From contig OX442314.1 of the NCBI GenBank assembly GCA_949358305.1, positions 26,164,001 through 26,228,000 on the forward strand: a DNA stretch of 64,000 bases. Reading direction: 5' to 3'. Below, piece after piece: positions 25,512 to 37,629 of this stretch (the stretch's first letter is position 1; each line of letters begins with the position of its first letter). The DNA comes from Strigamia acuminata. Its lineage: Eukaryota. Made by a program: the position numbers and the translations under genes. The notes under the pieces were generated by a model, which saw only the letters and a program-made list of their open reading frames with translations, was not told the DNA's origin and did not search any database.

Positions 25512-25599
25512 AGAACTAGTTCCCTAAATTGAAAACGGTGATGAACGCGAACTAGAACTAGTTCGCGATTTAGTGAACGAGATACAACACTGCTGAATT

Positions 25600-25790
25600 A
25601 GGTCCAAAATTCATCATTTTATGACAAATTGGGTCTAAAATTCATCATTTTATGACCTATTTTGACCAAAATTCATAATTTTATGACAAATGTGGTCTAA
25701 AATTCATCATTTTATGACCAATTAGGACCAAAATTCATCATTTTACAACCAATTTGGTCTAAAATTCATCATTTTATGACCAAAACAACT
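25600..25790. repeat. 31-bp minisatellite, about 6 copies
   Basis: Unit ~GGTCTAAAATTCATCATTTTATGACCAATTT. Confidence 0.85.
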
Positions 25791-27455
25791 AAAAGAAATT
25801 CATCAGACTTTGCTCCATTTTTTACTAAAACAATAACAAATTACTCTTTGAATTAAATATTACTCACTACCTATTTTAACCTATTCAACCTACTTTAACT
25901 ACATGTTTTAACAACATATGACATTAAGACTTGAGTTCTTTATATTTATCTCTAGACTTATTTCTGTTTTCGAATAAAATAAAATGGTTGTTATTAAGAA
26001 CTATTTTAATAATAATATAAAACCTTAATTTCTTTAATGAATATTTGGACATTTACAGCTCCGATGCATTGCTAGCTAGTAGCTGAGCCACACGATCAGC
26101 AGTCCAACCACACGAGGGCCCCATTGTCGATATGACGTTTATGATGCAACAATGATTGCACCAACTACAAAGGCTCCACAGAGAGTGACAGCTCTTACTG
26201 TCTTTACTCTATGTCCTAACTAATTAACGGCTTTACTGACTAGTCAGTTTTTGCTTTTTTTGTTTTTAAATTTAAAAAATAAAATAAAATTTGAGATTGT
26301 TAGACCCTTTCTAATTCTAATGCAAAAAATCAGTAAAGCCAAGAAAAGCCACGAAGAGAAAGGATTTCTCAGATATTACATCTGCAGTGCCGTAAGTTAC
26401 TTTACTTTATGCAAACTCAAACCTATTTTCTGATGTAAGTACACTCTTTTGAAAACGTGTATCAAAGGTTTGTTCTTTTTACACTAAAAAGTTAACGCAG
26501 TAATAGAATTTAAAAGAAAACAGAGGAGGCCTAAAATAAAATAATACTAAACATGTATTTATGCTTACCAAAGTTATTCAGGAGCACTGGTGATGAATCG
26601 TCAAGATGGAACTGAATGACACGCGACTTTTGACTAACGATATTTATAGCTGAATTTTTTAATTACTATACTTAATTCTAATGCAGATGAATCATTTTCG
26701 TGGCACAAATAACGCTAATTACAATCTGGCTTTAATAGTTTCAATTTATTGATTCTTTGATCATTAAAGTTTAATTATAATTAGTTCGTAATTATAATCC
26801 ATATAAAAAAACATTAAAATAAAAATGAAAATTTTATATTATAAAAATATATATCATATTATACATCATACATATATAAAAAATCACAAAATCAAAATGA
26901 TTAAATTGTATTTATAAATGTGACTACCGGTATTGTATTTATAAATTACAACTAAGTTCTGTGCGTGAGTTGTGAGATAGTGACATTCCTAGCACTGTCA
27001 GTACGAAGGATGGTAAGGAGGAGGGTGGCGAGGTGGAAGTGAGTGGAGAGGTGTAATTTTTTTTAAAATTTTAATTAAAATTTTTTTTTTTAAATTTTTA
27101 TTATTGATTTTTAATTTGATTATATATATGTGTATGTGGAAAAATGAAATAATTACTTCCAAACTATACCAACAGATTACATCATTAAGAAATTACTTGT
27201 TTTTCTCATGAAATATTACAAATTATATGTCATCTTGGCAATAAATGTTGTTAACTTAAGGCTTGTCCAATTTATTTAAAATAAAACTAGTACTTCAAAG
27301 AAAAAATACCAGGGGGAGGGCTTGACCCCTACTCCCGGTCTAGCCCGAGACCTGATCCCCAGTCCAATTTTACTAGTACAAGTGGACACACGTGTTTTTT
27401 GACTTTTAATTTTTTAAATAAGTTTTTCACATTTTTTAACCAAAAAACGCTTGCA

Positions 27456-30400
27456 ATGGACGCTATTCAGACGGAATCTACTGGAAGAAGAAATCCAAAA
27501 CGAGTTAAGAACGTTTCCAAACCCCAAAACGCTCGCCCACCACGTGGAGGACCATCAACCAGTAAGCCTACTCGTAATTCTCGTGCGACGATTGCCGAGA
27601 TCCATCACTCCAATGATTCGGAACCAGACGATTGCTTAAATCCACCGAATCCAACTGGTATTCCACCTATTATTCCTGAGATGATTTCGCATGCCAGTGG
27701 CCGAGAAAATTCACATGAAGTGAACGGCCAAGTGCTGCACGGGACCGACCAAATTGCTACGCATGACGCGAACGGTCGGAATCTCGCACCCGAATCGAAT
27801 TTATCCTCACAAGCGATTGAACAGTTGATTTTCATGGCCTTCCAACACAAGCAGACAGGTGGGGCTCTTCCTATGCAGGGGGAGTCTACCGAGCAAACCC
27901 ACGATTCTCGATCTCGTAGAGACGATGAGGGCTATACTCAGTCTTGTTATCAGGTAAGTCGTGCATTATTATTGCAGTCGTTATTGCAACCATTGTTGAA
28001 TACGCAGTTTTTGACTTATTTTGCCTCTTTTCGTCACTAGGAGGAGTCACACGATTTTTATTCCGATGATTTTTATGACGAGACTGATGGATCATTGTCT
28101 GATTCGACCTCTGAACCAAGCAGCTTTAAAACGAATGCTAAAGACCTGGAGATCGCACGCCTAAAACGTAAACTGGCTAAGCAAAAGCAGACCAGATCAG
28201 AAGCTAACCGTAAAAGCGCCACTGCTGACCACAACGAAGAAGAGGACTCGGACGACACATCTAATCCGGACAGTGATGACGACAACGACGCCCCATTCCT
28301 GGGGGCTAATTCTGCGAAGGAAATCGTTAAAATTTTGTCAAAAAACGTGTCAACCAGCAAGGCGACTAAATTTCGCACTGATTTTCCATGCCCCACACGC
28401 CAAGTTCCTTTTCTTAAAAGGAAGAAAATGGATGATGATGTAGAGGCTTACGTTGGGGAGCGCAATACCAGCTATTCCGTACCGAGGGAAAAATTTCTTA
28501 GACGACTGAGCGGAATGTTTCTGCGAGTAGGCGCTATTACGGCTAAAGTTTTTGACAAAACCTTTCTTAATCTTCCTATGTCCAAGTCGGAGATTTTACA
28601 TGCCAATAAGGCTGTTTTCCACCAAGTTCGGAATGCCATTCAAGCTATTAGCGATGAAAGAAGATTCAATAGGGGGTTTCATTAATTAAGCAATTTTGTA
28701 ATTTTGCAACTTTAGCAACTTTGCACTTTTGGATTTGTCACATGATATCAGTTCCACCAATCATGTGCATAATTGCAAAAACCCAAAACAGAAAAAATAC
28801 ACAATCACAAAATCAAAGGTAGTTTTGCTATTTTGGCAAAAATGGCAGCAGCCAAACTCAATCCAAGTGGCCATCACAAATTGTGATTAATAATTAGTTT
28901 CAAAAACAATCTCATAATTTTGCCATTTTGCAATTATTTAAATAGTCACGTGACTTCCTATCCACCATATTAGGTTATAGTTATATCCAACCAATTTTAA
29001 AATGTGATGCAAAAAAACTAGTTCTTATTTGTGTGATGGAACAAAATATTTTTTAATAAGGTGCATTTTAATAAATACTAGCTGTTCACCCACAAAGCCA
29101 AAGCCATAGATCAGACAAATGTATACAACCAAATCATAAAATAAATTTTTGCAAAATTAAACCAAACCCATAATAATGCAACCCAAATGTGTAATTGGCT
29201 AATTGTATTTACGTCATACGAACGTATGACGTATTCCCGACATATATAAACTGTACTTTGACTTGTAATAAATCACTTGTTAGTTGTTAACCACGCTGAT
29301 CAGTCATTCATTCATTCATTCATTCCTGATAACACACCAAACCCAAACCACACCAAACCAAAACCAATGCCAATCTGGCCAATACCCAAACACAATCAAA
29401 CCCAAAAGTTAACCTAAACCCAACGCCAATCCAGCCAATTCAATTTTGGCCCAAACCACTGCAACCTGCTATTTTGTCCTCCTTTATTATTCAACCACTT
29501 TTTCCAACTTTTTCTTATTAATCAACCCAAAAAAGATCGTTTTTTCCAAAATTTAAAGTCAACGGTTAATCCGATCAAAAAGTTATCTGTACCATCGTTT
29601 TCAGCGGGATTTTCTTCTCTGGAAACCTGTTTTAAACATTTCATTCGGTTAATTTTACGAATTTTTGGTTTTGTCATGGTCGAATCTCGAATCCAAATTC
29701 TGCACCAAATTTCCAAATTTTCCCATTCGGTCCGCCGCTAAGATGGCCCGAATCGGCACTTTTCCTCGCCCGAATCAAAAAATAAAAAATACAGGCTTAT
29801 GCAGAATTGTCTCCTCTTCAAAATGAGCTTGGTTCCATAATTTTCCGAGCTCATCTTGACATAGAAAACAATAAAAAACGATACGCGACGAACATTTCCG
29901 CCTGAATTTCCATTCAGGCACCCGCTAAAATCGCCCTGAATCGCCCTGAATCGGTACTTTTTTTTACCCGAATCGAAGTATTGAGTTTTCTAGCTGTTAT
30001 ACAGTCATGGATGCATCAGCATTTTGATGATATACAAGGATACAAGTTGGCCACTTAGATAGAGCTTGGATGCCTCCATTTTGTTTTGAGTTTCACAAGC
30101 CTCAAAATCACTTCTTATCAAAATCACAAAAACTACCTTTTAGATGTTTTTGGGATTTTGTGTTTTTACTCTTTTGTGCTTTAGTGAGTGTGAATGTGAT
30201 TGGTAGAACAGATATCACATGACAATACTCAAAAATCACAAAATTGTCCAGATCACACAATTGCAAAATTGACTGGGTTAATTCAATGTAAACTCATTTT
30301 TGGAGGCATCAAAAAATAATGATTTTGTGATTAATGCAAAATCACAAAATTGCAAAATCATTCATATAATGAAACCCCCTATTGTAATACAGGGCCTAGG

Positions 30401-30840
30401 CAATCGCAAATCCGACATGGCTAAACACTTTCGCAATTCAGAGGGCGACACTTTGTTTCAAGGCCAATTTTTTAAGCGATTCAGTAAGATTTCGCAACAA
30501 TGTATTGAAATGTAAAATTTTTTAAAAATATTTTGTTTTTTCCTTTTTAGAAAAACAAGCAGACCAATTTGCCTCAGTCGACAGAGCTCGATCTAAGAAT
30601 CCCTTGAGAGGTGCGAGACAAGACAGACGTGGTTTTCGACCCAATCAGCGTTTCAACGAATATCGACGAGATGCGCACAATTTTCGAACGGATGATTTTC
30701 ATCAACAGCGTAGCCTTTATCGACCTCAGAGTGGCGATAGAGGAAATCACCAACAACAGCCCTTTCGTAGACCCCCCTTTCTCGGAAACAGGGGAAGGGG
30801 TCGTGGCAGCTTCACTCGAAATGGTAAAAGCTTGGTGTGA
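27456..30840 (+). pseudogene. DIRS ORF1 (Gag-like, 506 aa reconstructed): 27456-27953, 28041-28671, 30382-30483, 30551-30840
   Basis: Removing intron 27954-28040, the 28672-30379 insertion plus one TA, and intron 30484-30550 gives one open frame of 1521 nt ending in an Arg/Gly-rich tail (RGRGRG). Confidence 0.75.
28672..30379. mobile_element. Non-autonomous DNA transposon inserted in DIRS ORF1
   Basis: TIR GGGGGTTTCATTA / TAATGAAACCCCC, TA duplication, imperfect longer subterminal inverted similarity, no transposase ORF. Confidence 0.85.
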
Positions 30841-32800
30841 ATTTTTCTCCTTTCCTCATTTTTGTTTTCCCGCTGGTCGTCTTCCCCTTTGTATAGATAC
30901 TTGGTCATTGATCACTTCTGATTCTTGGGTCCTTTCAAGCGTTAAGGGAATTAAGCTCGAATTTATAGCTCCTCCTATTCAGGCTTCCTTTTGCTATCCA
31001 ATCTTTGATAAGAATAAACACAACCTAATCCATGAGGAAGTCATTAGCATGGTCAAGAAAGGAGCAGCTTATGCAGTTGCTCCTTGTGTAGACCAAATTA
31101 CTAGTTTTCTCTTCTTAGTCGACAAGAAAGATGGAGGTTTCCGTCCCATTATCAATCTGAAACCCCTTAATGAATTCTTAGTTTTTAATCATTTTAAAAT
31201 GGAAAATATTCAGGTAGCCATCTCCCTGGTTGAGCAAGATTCGTACATGTTTAAATTAGACTTATCGGATGCCTATTTTTCCGTTTCCAGATTTTTTTGG
31301 GAGGGGGTCCTTTACGAATTGGGCGTCCTACCTTTTGGATTGGGTCCCGCTCCCTACTACTTTACCAAAATTTGTAGAGCGGTCGCCGCTTATCTTAGGT
31401 CCCTCAATGTCCGCCTAGCTGTTTATCTGGATGATTGGTTTTTTGTCAATTCCTCTCTGGATCTTCTTATTCGACAGAGAGACTTCATTGTAGTCCTTTT
31501 TCCAGCTTTAGGATTTAATATCAATTTTAAAAAATCAGTCCTTCTTCCCGTAACCTCTTTAGTGTTTTTAGGTTTCTTAATTGATTCTACCACAATGACT
31601 ATCACTCTTCCCCAGGATAGGATTGATAATATTCAATCTTCAATCCAACACCTTTTACAAGCCAAATCAGTGACTATTAGAGAGTTGGCTTCTGTAATTG
31701 GGAAGTTAAATGCCACTACAGTAGCTATTTCTGCAGCCCCACTACATTACAGAGGTCTTCAACATTTAAAATCTCAGAATTTTTCAATGGGGAATTATGA
31801 ATCAGTGTGTTCAATTGATGATGAAGCCAGAACCGAGTTACTTTAATGGAAGAAGAATCTTCGCTTTTGCAAGGGTCGATCACTCCTTCCTAAATTGCTT
31901 TTAGTCTCACTAGACTCTGATGCTTCACTATCAGGGTGGGGAGCTAGCTCTGCGGGCGTGAGTATAGGAGGCAGTTGGCCTTTATCTTTTGCTAAAAAAC
32001 ATATTAATGTTTTGGAGTTACTTGCAGCCTTTTGGGGTCTCAAATCTTTTGCCAAGGATCTCTCTCAGGGTTTAGTTAAAATTCGTATGGATAATACGGC
32101 AGCCATTGCCGAAATTAATCGTTTAGGCAGTCCTCGATCACGTGATCTTACTGCTGCCATGGCCAGAGATCTTAGTGTCCAGGCCGAGTACATTCCGGGC
32201 CTTCTCAACATCAAAGCTGACGCCGCCTCCCGTGGTCATCTTTCAGACTCCGGTGACTGGATGCTCAATCAGATCATTTTCTCACGAATTTCTCAGTTTT
32301 GGGGACCTTTTGTAATAGATCTTTTTGCTGCTATGCATAATTCCCAAGTTGAGACCTTCTTTAGTTGGAAACCCGACCCCTCGGCTCAAGCTTTCGATGC
32401 TTTAGTTCAAGACTGGAGTTTAGGAGAGGTATATGCCTTTCCACCTTTTTGTCTAATTGCTAAATGCCTACAGAAAATTAGATCCTCGATTTCTCCTATC
32501 CGATTAACCCTAATCACACCAATCTGGCCCAGTCAAGGCTGGTTTCCGGTAATTATACAACTCACTGTGTGTTACGTAACTGCATTTTACAATTTGTTTT
32601 ATTTTACTAGCTCCTTTGGTCACTCTCGACAAGACCCCCGTTACGATTACCACAACAACCCAATCTTCTGACCAATCCGCAGGGCCTCCCACACCCGCTC
32701 TTACAAGCAGGGTCGCTGCACCTGGCCGCTTGGAAGTTGTCCTCCATCAGCTCGAAGAGAGAGGCCTTTCAAAACGCACTTCCGAACTGGTGGGATCTTC
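30821..32800 (+). pseudogene. DIRS pol: RT, RNase H and adenine-methyltransferase-like domain; in-frame TAA at 31844, short deletions, intron 32549-32610
   Basis: AGRL...ITSDSWVL, KKDGGFRPIINLK, LDLSDAY, LPFGL, YLDDW; SDASLSGWGA, HINVLEL, MDNT, ADAASR; IDLFA...YAFPPF...WPSQGWFP. Confidence 0.9.
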
Positions 32801-33696
32801 CTGGCAAGCTTCCTCAACTCTACGATGGACATTGGAAAAACTGGTCACTGTGGTCATCCAGACACAATGTGGAACCTCTTCGACCCACTCCCATAGAATT
32901 AGCAGAATATCTCGGATCCTTATTTTATGACAATTTGGCCTTCAGCACAATAAATGGGCATCGTTCAGCTATTGCACAAACAATTTTTCTTGTTTCCTCA
33001 TTAGATTTGGGATCCCATCCCCTTATTCGCAGGGTCATGAAGGGAATTACTAATGCTCGCCCTCAAAAGCCCAAACATTCTTCAATTTGGCATGTAGGTC
33101 CCGTTTTGCTATTTTTGAAAGAACAGACTCAAGGTTTGACTTCTCTATCCCTTTTAAAAATCAACCAGCACATTGCTACTCTTTTGGCCCTTTCACTTGC
33201 CGGTAGAGCGGCAGATCTTAAGCTGCTCTCATCCTAAATAACATTTTCTGACAATACCTGTACCATTCCCCTACTGGGAAAGCGAAAATCAGCATCAACC
33301 GCCCCTTTTATCTTGTCTCAATTTTCGGATAAGGATCTTTGTCCTGTGGCAGCAGTTAAATTTTATCTCAAACACACGGCCAGTTTTCGTTGTGATTCTG
33401 TTCAACTTTTCTTAGCCGCTTCTCGGCCTTTTGGCCCAGTTTCATCATCCACTATTGCGAGATGGATCAAGACAACGCTGAGCACGGCAGGCGTTAATAC
33501 CTCCGTTTTCTTGGCTCACTCGACCAGGGCGGCTGTCACCTCCTTTGCCTGGTCGAAAGGTGTCAGCGTCTCCCATATTCTTCGTGCGGCTGATTGGTCA
33601 TCCGCATCTATATTTTTTAAGCACTACAATCATCCGGTAGATCAGATTTCTTCTGATTTTACTACCGTTGTTCTTGGAGGCTACGAAGAGCCTTAA
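32740..33696 (+). pseudogene. DIRS tyrosine recombinase (frameshift near 32815, in-frame stop at 33235)
   Basis: GLSKRTSELV..SW, STINGHRSAI, GRAADL (catalytic R), LCPV, HSTR, ADWSS..F..HY (catalytic Y). Confidence 0.9.
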
Positions 33697-34851
33697 GTTA
33701 ACAACATTTATTGCCTAGATGACATATAATTGGATATTTTGCTAAGTTATAACGCAAAATATTAATTATATAAATAGGCAATAAATGTTGTTATTTCCCA
33801 CCCTTTTTGGTGAAAAGTTTTTCTCCACCCTTACAACATTTATTTTTATGTTTATTTTCTATTTTACAGATCGCCAATAAGTCGATCCGCTACGCTCCTT
33901 GATGAAATTTTTATTCAGTAAATAAAAGTTTTTATATCTGATTGACTTTGGTATTTTTTCCTCAGTTCCTTAAAATTGGACTGGGGATCAGGTCTCGGGC
34001 TAGACCGGGAGTAGGGGTCAAGCCCTCCCCCTGGTATTTTTTCTTTGAAGTACTAGTTTTATTTTAAATAAATTGGACAAGCCTTAAGTTAACAACATTT
34101 ATTGCCTATTTATATAATTAATATTTTGCGTTATAACTTAGCAAAATATCCAATTTTATCACATTTTGTTTGAAATGCCACATCTTTTAATTTTCTTTTA
34201 ATAAGGTTCATTCATATCTTATACTCAAAGTCTGTTTTTATCCCTTATCCTCAATGAATGTCCACTCTACTAAAACATGTCCCATGGTTGGTGCAGCAAG
34301 GGGTAGGGTGAAGTGGACATTGGGGTGAATTGAACATTGAGGTGAATGATGGAAAGAGAGGTTTAAACTTGTTTGATTCATTAAAATTTGTTTCCAGTGT
34401 AGAATTTAACGGTGATTTCAAAAATGTTAATAACTTTTAGATCAAAAAATATTTTTTTTTTTAATATTCTTTTTTCAAATTTTTTTTTCTTGATTTGGTG
34501 AAGAAAAAGTTGATATTTTTGATGAAATGTGCATGTTATAAGTGAGTTATGGAACATTCTGATCTTATATCTATCTTTAATGAATGCCCACTCTACTAAA
34601 ACAGGTCTCATGATGGTGCAGCAAGGGGGAGGGTGGCAAGGGAGAGGGTGAAGTGAACTTAAAGGTAAAGCTATTTTCATAACATTCTATCAACATCAGT
34701 GATGGAAAGAGGTTAAAATCCATTTGGTGCATTAAAATATGTTTCCGGTGTAGATTTTGACGGTGATTTCAAAGATGTTAATAACTTTTAGATAAATTTT
34801 TTTTTTTTTTTAATTTTTTTTAAATTTTTCTTAAAAAATATTTGTTAAAAT

Positions 34852-35030
34852 TGCGGCGATCCGGGTTTTCACTTATTAAATTGAGTAAACTTAACAAGTA
34901 ATCGTCGTCGAGATGCCGTTAGGACTTCTACTCTGTGGCCAAATGGTTGTCTAGGGGAATGATTTTTACACAGAGGAGTAAAAGGAAAAATTAGATTGTT
35001 TTAATCGTTCTAAAATACACAGCGAATATG
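34852..35030 (-). mobile_element. Truncated LTR fragment related to the LTRs at 37630/42568
   Basis: Starts TGCGGCGATCCGGGTTTT versus TGCTGCGATCCGGGTTTT; shares a TTGTCTAGGG block. Confidence 0.5.
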
Positions 35031-35089
35031 ATGCAAAATAATATGTAATGTGGAGTGTTTGACTCCATTGGTCAATCAATCATTTTGTT

Positions 35090-35990
35090 TGTTATGACGC
35101 GCTGTTCTCAGCGCCACCTATTTTTACCTTTTGAATAAATCAGTTATGTTAATTTACCTATCCAACATGGTCGTTCCTTGCGTACTCCTACATCTATCGA
35201 CGTTCATCATCTCGAAAGACACAATATTGGCGACGAGGAAGTGATAATTTTCAACAATCCACGGTATCAAATGAAAAAATTGTGAACTTTTCAAACTTTT
35301 ATGAACTTTTTGGCGAATTTTTGGATCGTCGCTGACCACGCGTCGTCACGTTAGGCCTAGTCGCTAGTCCCCGATCTCTTCGTGTTTGTGCCTACTTTTA
35401 GCGACTTTTGCAATCAAATTGTCGTCGCTCAAGGGCGCACCAAAAGAATATGACCCGGCGGACGACTGGGAATTGTACTGCTTACGAATGACGAGCATTT
35501 TTAAGTGCAATAAGATCGTTGACGACAAAGAACAGGTGCATACGCTTTTAGCCTATGTCGGTATGCCCACCTTTAAGCAGTTGGTCGCACTCGCTGAACC
35601 AAAAAAGCCAGCCGAATTAAAATACGCAGAGTTGGTTGCATTAATGCAAAAGACTTCGCGCCCGAAGCCGCTCGTGCTCGCCGAGATTCGACGTTTCCAC
35701 CACCGCGATCGACTGCAGGAAGAATCGGTGATGGAATATGCTATAGCACTTCAAGAGTTGGCGCAGAATTGCAAATTTGCCAACAAGTCAGACGAACTGC
35801 GCAATCGTTTTCTGTGCGGACTGAAGAACAAGCACGTCCAGCAGGCGCTGACGTTGAAAGAAAACTTGACGTTTGATGCAGCCGTAGAGTTTGCAGCGTC
35901 CGCAGAAGTATCCTGTAAAGAGTTTTTTGACATTGCAGCCAAACCAGCGTCCGCCGCCGTAGTGCACAACGTGAACGACTCAAAAGGTGC
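35090..35990 (+). mobile_element. 5' fragment of a second Mag-like Gypsy (probable short LTR, PBS, gag N-terminus)
   Basis: PBS TGGCGACGAGG at 35228; ORF EYDPADDWELYC...RLQEESVMEYAIALQELAQNCKF...LRNRFLCGL aligns by eye with the Gag at 21332. Confidence 0.8.
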
Positions 35991-36622
35991 AGAAGGTGCA
36001 GTCGAGTCGGCATGGCTGAGTTTATCCAACAGTCCAACACCATTTTTTTTATTTTTTTATTTTTTTTATTTTATTTTTTAATTTTTGGATTTGACTGTTG
36101 TGTTTGGGTTCGACCAATCACTTGCCGATGCCAACCATGCCGACCCAAACGCACCTTTTACGGTATCGATCGCCAACCATCGTCGAATCCAGACACCATG
36201 TTTTTTGACGTATAATTTTTTGGATTCGACGGTGGTTGAGGGATCGATGCCGTAGAAGATGCAGTTCAGCCGGCATGAATTTATCCACAACCATTTTTTA
36301 AATTTATTTATTCATTTTATTCTATTGGATTTGACCGTGGGTGTTTGGCCGAACCACTGTCGAATCCGCGTTCGACCAAACACTGTGCTTTTTTTTGCGT
36401 TTTGTCTTTGGATTCGACGGTTACGTGAGGATTTGTGCGGATTTTATCAGTCATTGGTTGTACGAAGCAAAGCCTAATGTCATGTATTTAAATGTAGTGC
36501 ATGAAGTTAGTGTTAATTCTACAAAATGGTTGGCTGGCGTCATGGAAAACACTTAAAACTCGACGGGCGAATGGTATATGCCAGAGAATTTTGTGTAATT
36601 TTTATTAAAATAATTAAGTAAC

Positions 36623-36842
36623 TTGAATAAAAAATTTGCTGTCCATAGTGAATCTCGTTCTGGCGCTGTCGTCATTTTTAATTATTGAAAGTATAAAGAT
36701 TGTTTCTTCACAACGTGCTGCGCAGGAACAGTCTTTCTGGGGATTTGTTTTGAATTGAGTCTCCAAATATTGTCGGGTAGTTTTCTTTGCTGTCGTGTGA
36801 TGCTCGCAATAAGGCAAAGAACTGTTTTCCATGAATGGTAAT
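36623..36842 (-). CDS. Possible exon of a divergent DEG/ENaC-like channel gene (Cys-rich region)
   Basis: TAG acceptor then LPFM...LPYC...DCSCAARCEETIF, resembling the C-x-C-x3-C-E thumb motif of DEG/ENaC. Confidence 0.4.
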
Positions 36843-37629
36843 CTAATAGTATATCATGATTAGTGTCAGTGCATTTCTATTATTGAAAAATGAATTAAAC
36901 TTAACAGTTTGTAATATTTTAATAAGTTTAAATTATAGTTTTTGTGCCATCCACATCACTATTTTGCAGTAATAACTGACTTTCCAATGTCCACTCGTGT
37001 TTCTGGAGGCCCCAACGATCGTCGCCATCCTTTCGAAAGTAACCTCGTTGTCCGTTAAGTTCTAGTCGAAGCCACTCGGTAATCCACAAATTAAATAATT
37101 AGAGTTCATTCAAATTCCTTTTTGTAATTGATTTATTGACCAAATGCTGGAATAGAAGTCAAACGAAAGACTTATCTGCCACAGACGCAGAATTTCACAA
37201 ATTCCAAACTCCTATTTTTCCTTTTTGTAATTAATTTTATTGATCTATTTTGTTTTGTTTTGTTGTAGGAAATTTCATTTTCTAAGGTTATTTATTCAAT
37301 TCAATGTGTATTATTGATTTTATTTTTGTGTTGTGATTCAAATGTTGTGTTTTGCCGCTCTAGCAGATTCTTTGCGGCGCCATGTTGGATTTCTCGGTTA
37401 ATTTCGTTTTAAATCATTTTCGTTTGTATTTTATATTGCATTTGTCACTTATACTATTTTATTGTACATTATTTTAGTGTATTATTCATGAACATTCATT
37501 GATTTTGTGCCGTTTTATATTCAAACATGTTCGTTACCGAACATTGCTGGCTTTTGATTGTTCGAGCCGAATTGCTGCCTCCCGACCACTGTTTTTAATG
37601 TTTTCTTATTGATTTACTATTCTAAGAAT

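Larger units (their letters stand above)
20641..25592 (+). mobile_element. hAT-like DNA transposon remnant (BED finger fragment 20641-20988, GAACTA/TAGTTC subterminal repeats), split by the Mag Gypsy insertion
   Basis: CVICEKSISVAAGTTANLKRHITTKH = BED zinc finger; GAACTGAACTA repeats at 21055-21132 continue at 25512-25565; ends ...CAACACTG. Confidence 0.6.
27221..34155 (+). mobile_element. DIRS1-like tyrosine-recombinase retrotransposon, full length, decayed
   Basis: Inverted terminal repeats 27237-27372 / 33971-34106, right-end extension to ~34155, internal complementary region ~33690-33793 matching both termini; ORF1, RT-RNaseH-methyltransferase and YR coding regions. Confidence 0.93.
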
